NCBI GenBank assembly: GCA_963841935.1
Contig: CAWJEP010000001.1
Span: 74,487-138,486 of the forward strand
Length of the DNA: 64,000 nt
From: an uncultured bacterium
GTDB taxonomy: Bacteria; Patescibacteriota; Minisyncoccia; Phycocordibacterales; UBA6065
Reading direction: 5' to 3'
Positions 47,854 to 55,184 of the stretch are shown here, piece after piece. A program made the translations under genes and the position numbers. Position 1 is the stretch's first letter. Each line of letters begins with the position of its first letter. Under the pieces are notes generated by a model, which searched no databases, was not told where the DNA came from, and was given only the letters and a program-made list of their open reading frames with translations.

Positions 47854-48657
47854 ATGCTTATTCTTGACGGAAAAAAGGCCAGAGACTTCTACGCGCAGAT
47901 GTTGGCGGCGAAAATCCGAAACCTCGGATTTTCGCCGCGCCTCGCTATTATCCAAGTCGGTGACAACCTTTCTTCCACTTCTTACATAAACCAAAAGAAA
48001 AAATTTGGAGAAAAAATCGGCGCCGAGGTCGTTTGTGTGAAATTTCCTACGAGTATTTCTTTCGAAGAACTGAAAAAAGAAATTTCCACATTAAACGAAG
48101 AAAAAAATATTCACGGCATAATCGTTCAGCTTCCTTTGCCGGAACATATAGATAAAATTTCGCTTATAAATCTGATTTCTCCGAAAAAGGACGTTGACGG
48201 ACTCACTTCACAAAGTCCTTTCACTCCAGCAACCGCTCGCGGCATCAAATCGCTTTTGGATTTCTATAAAATAGAAGTTAAGGACAAGGAAATCGCGGTT
48301 CTTGGCCGCTCGATGCTCGTCGGCGCGCCGACGGCAAAGCTTCTGGAATCGTTCGGCGCCTATGTAGCCGTTTGTCACTCAAAAACAGAAAATACCAGAG
48401 AGATAACGAGAAACTCCGACATCATTATCGTTGCGGTAGGCAAGGCTCGGCTCGTTGATGAAACATACATAGGAAAAAATAAACCTGTCATAGTAGATGT
48501 CGGTTTAAGTTCTCATGACGGTAAACTTAAGGGCGACGTGAATTTCGACAGAGTCGGAGGCATTGTTTCGGCTATCACGCCGGTGCCGGGCGGGGTAGGC
48601 CCCATGACAGTACTTTCTCTTTTTGAAAATCTTGTTTTGGCCGCGGAGAAAGAGTAA
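47854..48657 (+). CDS. folD: Methylenetetrahydrofolate dehydrogenase/cyclohydrolase
   Basis: GIIVQLPLP, KDVDG, GRSMLVGAP, TPVPGGVGPMT. Confidence 0.96.
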   Translation: MLILDGKKARDFYAQMLAAKIRNLGFSPRLAIIQVGDNLSSTSYINQKKKFGEKIGAEVVCVKFPTSISFEELKKEISTLNEEKNIHGIIVQLPLPEHIDKISLINLISPKKDVDGLTSQSPFTPATARGIKSLLDFYKIEVKDKEIAVLGRSMLVGAPTAKLLESFGAYVAVCHSKTENTREITRNSDIIIVAVGKARLVDETYIGKNKPVIVDVGLSSHDGKLKGDVNFDRVGGIVSAITPVPGGVGPMTVLSLFENLVLAAEKE

Positions 48658-48690
48658 AATTAAGTTTCGATTAATTCTAATAAAAACAAT

Positions 48691-49551
48691 ATGAACGAAG
48701 ATAAAAAATGCGACTGCAAAAAGCCCTGGCACAGAAACCGCTGGATAATCAAGATTCTGGGAATTTTTCTTATCATTTGGGTCTGGGTAAATATAGTAAA
48801 TACCATTGAAGCCTCGCATTATATCGGCGAGACGAACGGGCCGGCGACCATCACTGTTTCCGGTACTGGCGATGTTGTTGCCACACCGAATATTGCCACT
48901 TTCGATTTCACGGTAACGAATACCGCCGCCGCGGTCGTCGACGCTCAAACCCAGACGACGAACAAAATGAATTCCATCATAGATTTTCTGAAGAAAAACA
49001 ACATTGCCGCCGCTGATATTCAGACCACGGATTACAGCATTTATCCGCAGTATGAATATCAGAATTTCGCCTGCCCAGTCTACAATTCGGCAAATTCTGA
49101 GGGAAGTGTTTCAAACGGCGCAATGGTTCCGACTACGGCGATGCCCGTTTGTCCTCCAAGTCAAAATATTTTGACTGGATACAATGTCAGCGAATCAATT
49201 ACCGTAAAAATCCGCGACCTTTCGACCGCCGGTACGATTCTTTCCGGAGTAGGGGAGTTTGGGGTGACGAATGTCAGCCAGCTTTCTTTTACCGAAGACA
49301 ATTACAACGACTTGGTAAAGCAGGCCGAGGCCTCGGCGATAAATGACGCCAAAGCGAGCGCGGAAACTCTGGCGAAAAATCTCGGGGTGAAAATCGTCAG
49401 GCTTCAAAGCTATTCAAACCAATCGCAAGGACCGATTATGTATGCCGTTCCGATGGCGGCAAACGCCGAATCTAAATCCGCGGCGCCGGAAATTTCCGCG
49501 GGACAAAATAAAATTACGGCAAACGTAACGCTAGTTTACGAGATAGAATAA
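48691..49551 (+). CDS. SIMPL (DUF541) domain protein
   Basis: TITVSGTGDV..TPNIA, IYPQY, AINDAKASA..LA..LG, AGQNKITANVTLVY. Confidence 0.9.
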   Translation: MNEDKKCDCKKPWHRNRWIIKILGIFLIIWVWVNIVNTIEASHYIGETNGPATITVSGTGDVVATPNIATFDFTVTNTAAAVVDAQTQTTNKMNSIIDFLKKNNIAAADIQTTDYSIYPQYEYQNFACPVYNSANSEGSVSNGAMVPTTAMPVCPPSQNILTGYNVSESITVKIRDLSTAGTILSGVGEFGVTNVSQLSFTEDNYNDLVKQAEASAINDAKASAETLAKNLGVKIVRLQSYSNQSQGPIMYAVPMAANAESKSAAPEISAGQNKITANVTLVYEIE

Positions 49552-49555
49552 GTAG

Positions 49556-49584
49556 TTGACAGGAAATTGAAAGTGTGATATGCT
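49556..49584 (+). promoter_or_regulatory. Sigma70 promoter (leaderless)
   Basis: TTGACA-17nt-TATGCT with TG extension; ATG follows 7 nt later. Confidence 0.65.
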
Positions 49585-49591
49585 ATCAGGT

Positions 49592-49750
49592 ATGAAATCA
49601 ATTAAGGGTCTTGCTGGGTGCAGGAACTTGGTTGAGATTGGCCGAATACCGAGACGTGTTTGGTGGACAAAGAAAAAGGCGGAAATTCTTACGGGCCTTA
49701 TTGTCCTAATCGGAATTCTGGCAATCGCGCTCTTCGCACCGGGGCGATAG
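49592..49750 (+). CDS. 52-aa single-TM small protein (not in ORF track)
   Basis: MKSIKGLAGCRNLVEIGRIPRRVWWTKKKAEILTGLIVLIGILAIALFAPGR*; own promoter and terminator. Confidence 0.6.
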   Translation: MKSIKGLAGCRNLVEIGRIPRRVWWTKKKAEILTGLIVLIGILAIALFAPGR

Positions 49751-49761
49751 GTTTTAAATTC

Positions 49762-49793
49762 GGGGGCGCAGTCACGGGACTGCGCCCCCTTTT
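49762..49793 (+). terminator. Intrinsic terminator
   Basis: GGGGGCGCAGTC-acgg-GACTGCGCCCCC followed by TTTT. Confidence 0.8.
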
Positions 49794-49830
49794 CGTTTCA
49801 GCTGTTTCTTGTTATATTCCACAGACGATT

Positions 49831-49903
49831 GCGCGCATAGCTCAGTTGGTAGAGCACATCACTGATACTGATGGGGTCCTAGGTTCGAATCCTAGTGCGC
49901 GCA
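49831..49903 (+). tRNA. tRNA-Ile(GAT)
   Basis: GCGCGCA/TGCGCGC, CATCA-CT GAT AC-TGATG. Confidence 0.92.
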
Positions 49904-50039
49904 CATTTTGGCCATAAATATAGCCACAGCTTGGCTATTGACTTATTTTTGTATATGTGATAATATTAATAGGTAAGGCAAAGCGCTTTACATGCTCTCT
50001 GTCAGTTAAAAATCAACCAAATCCACAGAAAGGTAAATC

Positions 50040-50888
50040 ATGAAAACCGCCAACGGCAACGTTGTCAGTGTTAAGTTGTTCAAGAACAGCGACCTAGAAA
50101 TCACCCCAAGCGTACACGGACACATCGGCAGTTTCAATTCCGGCGATGTTATCGAAATGCGCATCTCGATCGCCGAGCCCACGGTGGGCAAGGCGATGTT
50201 TATCACGACCAATCGCGACCGTGACGACGCCCAGCTTCTTCATGGACTCGCCAGCGGATACTTCAGGCACACGGTTCCGGTAATTCCGGCGCCGCAGGGC
50301 ACGAAGTTCGACAGGGATGACGCGAACAAGAATTGCGTCCACCTCGTCGAGATGAGTCCGACCGGACTCGTTTCCGTCACGAACATCGTGATCAGCGCTC
50401 AGGACGGGGAGTTCTTCCTCGTCTTTCACCCGACATACGTCGTTCAGGCGTACAAGGGCGAACAGGGTGTCGCCGTTCCGTCGCTATGGATCGAGCCCGG
50501 TTTTCCGGCGCTCGTCCCGTTCGTCGAGTACGGCTACATTAGGACAATCAACTCGCTTCCGCCCATCTCCTCCTACAATGGGGACGAGGGCGCGAAGCCG
50601 GAAATCCTCGAGGCTGTAGCAGCCCTCTCGGACGAAAACCATCTGGTGGTCAAGTTCTGGTCGGTTCGCACCGGCACCGGTGGCGCGCTTCGCAAGCTTG
50701 CCAATGGGGAAACGGAGATGGTCAAACTCTACTGGAAGAATCTCAATGTCGCCGACAGGTGCCCCAGGCACCTTCTCGAAGGCGAGACGATCCATGCCAA
50801 GGGATTCCGTTCGACCCGTTCGGGCCGGATGTCTACCGAGGCAATCGGGATTACCCGAGTCGAGTTTAACGCCGCGGTTTCATCGTAA
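50040..50888 (+). CDS. Orphan protein with possible degenerate C-terminal cold-shock (OB) domain
   Basis: TTGACT-17-TAATAT promoter, GAAAGGT RBS; VVKFWSVRTGTG...VKLYWKNL...RHLLEGETI...EAIGIT. Confidence 0.6.
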   Translation: MKTANGNVVSVKLFKNSDLEITPSVHGHIGSFNSGDVIEMRISIAEPTVGKAMFITTNRDRDDAQLLHGLASGYFRHTVPVIPAPQGTKFDRDDANKNCVHLVEMSPTGLVSVTNIVISAQDGEFFLVFHPTYVVQAYKGEQGVAVPSLWIEPGFPALVPFVEYGYIRTINSLPPISSYNGDEGAKPEILEAVAALSDENHLVVKFWSVRTGTGGALRKLANGETEMVKLYWKNLNVADRCPRHLLEGETIHAKGFRSTRSGRMSTEAIGITRVEFNAAVSS

Positions 50889-50898
50889 ACCGCGTTTC

Positions 50899-50945
50899 AA
50901 AGACCTCTAGCACAAGCGCAAGCTCGTGCTAGAGGTCTTTTTGTT
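50899..50945 (+). terminator. Intrinsic terminator
   Basis: AAAGACCTCTAGCAC...GCAA...GTGCTAGAGGTCTTT plus T tail. Confidence 0.8.
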
Positions 50946-50959
50946 TGTATAATTGTCAT

Positions 50960-51916
50960 ATGAAGTCAGTGGAATCGATATACATACCTTCTCGCCCTCA
51001 ACCAGACACCATCGTCGCGATTTTTTTGCTGAAAACTTTCGGCAGAGAATTATTTCCCGGAGTTGAAAAAGCCAAGGCGGAGGTTTTGTCGGACATTTCG
51101 AAAACCGCGCCGGAAGGCGGCATCGCCCTCGATGTCGGCGGCGGAGAGTTTGACCATCACAAAAAAATTCCGGCGGTAACATGCTCTGAACTTGTCGCCG
51201 CCAAGCTCGGCGTAGCGGAAAATCCGGCTATAGCAAAACTCCTCGAATACTCTCGCAGAGACGATATGGCGGGTAAGGGCACGATCTCGAGCGACCCACT
51301 GGACAAAGCATTTGGTCTTTCCGGTCTGGTCGCGGCCCTCAACAAAACCCGACCAAACGACGCCGCCGGAATCGTCAGAGACGTTTTGCCGCTTATCGAA
51401 GGACATTATCTTGAAGAGATTCAGCGCACGATCGAGTTGCCCAAAGAATTTGAAAAGAAAAAATCTGAAGGCAAAGTCGATATTTTTGAAGTTAGACAAA
51501 GAGACAAAAAATTAAGCGTCATTATTTTGGAGTCGGACAACACGAGTATGCCGGGGTTTTTGCGCTCGCAAATCGGCGGCAGATTCGATGTGGTCGTCCA
51601 AAGAATGAGCTCCGGTCATATGAACATTCTCACCCGACCGACGAAAAGAGTTGATTTAAGATCACTCGCTTTAGTTATTAGACTTGAGGAGGCTAACCAA
51701 GCTGGCTTACAAATGAAAGACGATTCAAGATATCTGTCGCAACCAGGAAAAATTAGCGAAGTTTCAAATTGGTATTACGACACCGCGACGAATTCAATAC
51801 AAAACGGCGGTGCGAATCCCAAAGATACTGCGCCGACCAGAATAGATGCTTTTGCGATGAGAAAACTTGTTGAAGTAGGTCTTGAAGAGAAAATTTGGAG
51901 TCCGATACCGAGATAG
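50960..51916 (+). CDS. MYG1/DHH-like phosphoesterase
   Basis: PQPDTIVAIFLL and LDVGGGEFDHH motifs; start 6 nt after TATAAT. Confidence 0.6.
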   Translation: MKSVESIYIPSRPQPDTIVAIFLLKTFGRELFPGVEKAKAEVLSDISKTAPEGGIALDVGGGEFDHHKKIPAVTCSELVAAKLGVAENPAIAKLLEYSRRDDMAGKGTISSDPLDKAFGLSGLVAALNKTRPNDAAGIVRDVLPLIEGHYLEEIQRTIELPKEFEKKKSEGKVDIFEVRQRDKKLSVIILESDNTSMPGFLRSQIGGRFDVVVQRMSSGHMNILTRPTKRVDLRSLALVIRLEEANQAGLQMKDDSRYLSQPGKISEVSNWYYDTATNSIQNGGANPKDTAPTRIDAFAMRKLVEVGLEEKIWSPIPR

Positions 51917-51918
51917 AT

Positions 51919-52785
51919 TTATTTTCCGCCGATTATGCAGACGATCGAGCCGGAGAATTTCCGGCCGGCGGAGATGGCGCGGCAAAGTCCGGCAAAGGAG
52001 AGCGCTCCGTTTGGCGTCGTAGGGACGCCAAACGGGGCAAGTTTTTCTTGCGCCGATTTTATTTCCTCGTTTGAAACAATCCAGCCGAAGCCATTTGTTT
52101 GAGATACGAGAGCCATAACTTTTTCTCTTCTATGGGCGACTTTGTCCGTTATCGCGCTCGCGACGGAAGTTTCTCTCAAGTCTTTTCTCTCGTCGAAAAT
52201 CGCGGCCATTGGATGACAAGAGCTTGTTTGGACGATGTGGATTTCCGGCGAATTTTTTCTCGCGAGGAAAAATTCGCCCAAAGCCTCGGCCGTCGTGCCG
52301 GAAGAGGTCGCTATAAATACCGCCAACAGGTTCGGGATTTCCGAGATTTCTTTGGCCAAAGATTCGTAGCCGATGAGGGCCGTGTCGTCAGTTGATTGGC
52401 GCAAACTTCGCGCGCCAAGATGAATTGTTTCGAGCAGTGCTTTCAGAGGTTTTTCTTTCTCCGAAATTTTTATGTTTTCGTCGGCCAAAGAAAAAAGAGT
52501 AGATTTTTTATCCAGGGATATATTTTGTCCGACGAAAATTTCAAGAGAAAGTCCGGCACCACCAGCGTTTTTTTCTTTTATGTGGCGCGCCGCGGCGAGA
52601 GCGGCGTTGCCGGAGCTTGATATGGAAAACTTCTTTTCACCGCGGCGCGCGTACTCGTCGATCATTACGGGGATCGAACGGCCTTTATGCGAGCCAAGGG
52701 GGTGCAAGTCTTCGCGCTTCAGAAAAAGTCTAGGTATATTAAGTTCTTTGGCGAGCGCTGGATATTCTTCCTGTGGAGTAACCAT
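51919..52785 (-). CDS. PLP-dependent fold-type II enzyme (threonine synthase/dehydratase-like)
   Basis: LKREDLHPLGSHKGR (PLP lysine), SSSGNAA, TSSGTT, IIGG. Confidence 0.85.
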   Translation of the reverse strand: MVTPQEEYPALAKELNIPRLFLKREDLHPLGSHKGRSIPVMIDEYARRGEKKFSISSSGNAALAAARHIKEKNAGGAGLSLEIFVGQNISLDKKSTLFSLADENIKISEKEKPLKALLETIHLGARSLRQSTDDTALIGYESLAKEISEIPNLLAVFIATSSGTTAEALGEFFLARKNSPEIHIVQTSSCHPMAAIFDERKDLRETSVASAITDKVAHRREKVMALVSQTNGFGWIVSNEEIKSAQEKLAPFGVPTTPNGALSFAGLCRAISAGRKFSGSIVCIIGGK

Positions 52786-52826
52786 TCTTGTATAGTATCT
52801 TTTTTCACGTATCATATAAAGCACTT

Positions 52827-52994
52827 ATGAAATGCACGTGTCCTGAATGCAAAAACGAAATAGAACTTTCGCGATACCCGAAACTCGCCGCCGGTCACAC
52901 GATAGAATGCGGCAGTTGCGGCATACTTCTTCAAATAAAAAATATTTCGAAAGACGGAATTGTGGAAACGGAAATCATTGACGAAGGAAAGTAG
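52827..52994 (+). CDS. LysW-like zinc-ribbon small protein
   Basis: MKCTCPECKNEI...IECGSCGILLQI...EIIDEGK; the spacing matches LysW but the EDWGE tail is absent. Confidence 0.7.
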   Translation: MKCTCPECKNEIELSRYPKLAAGHTIECGSCGILLQIKNISKDGIVETEIIDEGK

Positions 52995-52997
52995 CGC

Positions 52998-54494
52998 TTA
53001 AACTTTCGCCAGCTTTTTTACCGTTTCCTCAATCATTCCTCTAAAGCCGTGAGAGCCCAAGAACGCGATACAGCCGTTTTCGTCAGGATTTTTCGTTATT
53101 TCTTCCACGAGTTTCGCGTCATCGTCAACGTAAATGACGTTTTTGTGAGTTTTTGAAATGATTTTCGCCAGTCCGTCGCCTTCAAAAGTCTTTTGAGGAT
53201 TTTCTTCGTCAACTTTGAGTTTCGTAAGTTTGGGAATGACGACAAGGTCGGCGTTTTCGAAAGCGCCGCCGTAGGACGGCGCGGATTCTTTCGTGCGATT
53301 GCCGGTGTTTGGTTCATACACGGCGGTGATTTTGCCTTTGTAGATTTCACGCAAGTTTTTCAGTACGGATTTCACTTTTTCCGGAGAGTGAGCTATATCG
53401 TCAATGACCGTTATGCCGTGTTCATATCTTTTCTCCATACGGCGCTTCATCCCTTTGAAAGTTTTTATGGCGTCGGTGATATCTCCAGGCGCGATGCCAA
53501 TTTCTTTCGCCATGGCAAAACAACCCGTTATGTTTTCCGCGTTGTAGGCACCGAGCAGGGGGCTTTTTATTTTGTATTTTTTCCCGTGATAATCAATGTC
53601 AAACTCAATGCCGTCTTTTGATTGCCTAATATTTTCATAACGATACGTCGCGTCTTCTTTTTTGCCGTAGGTAACGGGCGAAGGAAGCGGCATTTGCGAA
53701 TTTTCAACTGTTTGAGCATTCATCTGATTTGGCGAGTTTTGAAAATTCGCAAATGCCGCCTTCCGGGCCTCTTCGTTATCTGCGCATACTACGATTTTTC
53801 CGTTTTCCGGAATCATTTTCAGAAGTTTCTCGAAAGCCGAGAAATACGACTCTTCCGTCGGATACATATCGGCGTGGTCCCAAGATACGGCGGTGAGCAG
53901 GAGGTGCGTCGGCTTGTAATGAAAAAATTTCGCTTCATTGTCCCATTTTGCCGTTTTGTATTCGTCGCCTTCGACCACGCTCCAACTCCCTGAATCAATA
54001 GCCGCCGACGGTGCACCGTCTTGCGTCAATCCGCCAATCATGTATGACGGATGCATTTTCGCGTGTTTCAAAATATGCGAAAGAAGCGCGCTCGAAGTCG
54101 TCTTGCCCCAAGTGCCGGTGCAGACGATTGAATTTTTCTTTATCAAAACTTCCCCGATGATTTCCGGAAATGATTTAAACGGAATTTTATTTTCTTGCGC
54201 GTAAACGAATTCCGGATTCGTCGAACCGATGGCGTTACCCACGACGACGAGGTCCGGCACGCCGTCAGCGATCATTTTTTCCGGATGCCAGCCGCTATAG
54301 TAGGGAATGCCGATGTTTTTCAAATGCGTCGAAACCGGCGGGAAAAATCCGGCGTCGCTTCCGGTGACTTTCCATCCTTTTTGCCAAAGCGCCGTCGCGA
54401 CGGCGCTCATAGCCACGCCGCAAATGCCTATAAAATGGACCCGCCTCGACTCGACGCCTTCGGCGAGGCGGGCTTTTTTAGTTACCGATTTCAT
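52998..54494 (-). CDS. Mpl/MurC-like Mur ligase with two palindromic insertions
   Basis: VHFIGICGVAM, GSD.GFFPPVS, GTWGKTTSS, EGDEYKTA...KFFHY, DHADMY, GMKRRME, DDIAHSP; closer to Mpl. Confidence 0.88.
   Translation of the reverse strand: MKSVTKKARLAEGVESRRVHFIGICGVAMSAVATALWQKGWKVTGSDAGFFPPVSTHLKNIGIPYYSGWHPEKMIADGVPDLVVVGNAIGSTNPEFVYAQENKIPFKSFPEIIGEVLIKKNSIVCTGTWGKTTSSALLSHILKHAKMHPSYMIGGLTQDGAPSAAIDSGSWSVVEGDEYKTAKWDNEAKFFHYKPTHLLLTAVSWDHADMYPTEESYFSAFEKLLKMIPENGKIVVCADNEEARKAAFANFQNSPNQMNAQTVENSQMPLPSPVTYGKKEDATYRYENIRQSKDGIEFDIDYHGKKYKIKSPLLGAYNAENITGCFAMAKEIGIAPGDITDAIKTFKGMKRRMEKRYEHGITVIDDIAHSPEKVKSVLKNLREIYKGKITAVYEPNTGNRTKESAPSYGGAFENADLVVIPKLTKLKVDEENPQKTFEGDGLAKIISKTHKNVIYVDDDAKLVEEITKNPDENGCIAFLGSHGFRGMIEETVKKLAKV
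53687..53759. repeat. In-frame palindrome (21-bp perfect arms) in the mpl-like gene
   Basis: GCGGCATTTGCGAATTTTCAA (53687-707) / TTGAAAATTCGCAAATGCCGC (53739-59). Confidence 0.85.
54440..54472. repeat. 33-bp palindromic element, copy 2 (mpl-like N-terminus)
   Basis: CCCGCCTCGACTCGACGCCTTCGGCGAGGCGGG, 32/33 identical to 25637-25669; encodes ARLAEGVESRR. Confidence 0.9.
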
Positions 54495-55180
54495 TGGAGT
54501 GTAAGTATAACCTTTAGCGGCTCGATATCTGTTCGCCACCCGCCTCGCGTTGACAAGTCTCCGCGAGTCGAGGCGGGTTTTTCGCCGTCGAACCACTCTC
54601 CTCCGCGGAATTGAAGTTTATATGTATCGCTCGAGCGTTGAAGTGAGCCGAGATAAATATATTTTTTGCCGAGTTCTTTCGCACGCTCGATGGCTATTAT
54701 CATCATGCCAAGTCCACGCGACGGTTCCCGGGGATTTTCCATATAGAATGGATAGCTATAGTGAGAAATGTTTTTTGTTTCAAAACATATCGCGTAGCCG
54801 ATAGTTTTTTTCTCCTCCGTGTAGATCAGAAATTTATTAAAGTTCGAAGCGTCTCTGTCGGTAAGCAACTCTTTTATTTTGTTTGCGGAAAAAACGGCGT
54901 TGCGTTTTTCGTAAAAATCTTTTGCGAGTTTACTGATAGACCAATCATAATTTTCGTAAGGAATTTTCGCGGTCGAAAGGGAAATATTTTCCGATTTTTT
55001 CGCCACGCGCCTGTTCTCACTCGTCATTTCGAATTTCGAAAGGTCTACTCGGAAACTTCGCGTCTTATTCATCACGCCTTTGCCCACGCGGGTGAAAACA
55101 TACCCGGCGTCATACATTTTCTCGATGTTTTCCGCCGAAAAATCGGTAATTATTTTCGTGTCCCAGTTGAGGTACGGCAT
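54491..55180 (-). CDS. GNAT-fold protein resembling Ate/Bpt aminoacyl-tRNA:protein transferase
   Basis: MYDAGY...RSFRVDLSKF..TSENRR; YPFY...GLGMM..AIE.AK..GKKYIYLGS......YKLQF...EWF. Confidence 0.7.
   Translation of the reverse strand: MPYLNWDTKIITDFSAENIEKMYDAGYVFTRVGKGVMNKTRSFRVDLSKFEMTSENRRVAKKSENISLSTAKIPYENYDWSISKLAKDFYEKRNAVFSANKIKELLTDRDASNFNKFLIYTEEKKTIGYAICFETKNISHYSYPFYMENPREPSRGLGMMIIAIERAKELGKKYIYLGSLQRSSDTYKLQFRGGEWFDGEKPASTRGDLSTRGGWRTDIEPLKVILTLQ
54539..54577. repeat. 39-bp palindromic element, copy 3 (opposite orientation)
   Basis: CCCGCCTCG-CGTTGACAAGTCTCCGCGAGT-CGAGGCGGG; encodes PASTRGDLSTRGG. Confidence 0.88.
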
Positions 55181-55184
55181 AGCA

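Noticed and set aside
54495-54596. Upstream extension of the Mpl-like ORF
   Set aside because: It overlaps the Ate-like gene and its palindrome; ATGA coupling supports 54494.
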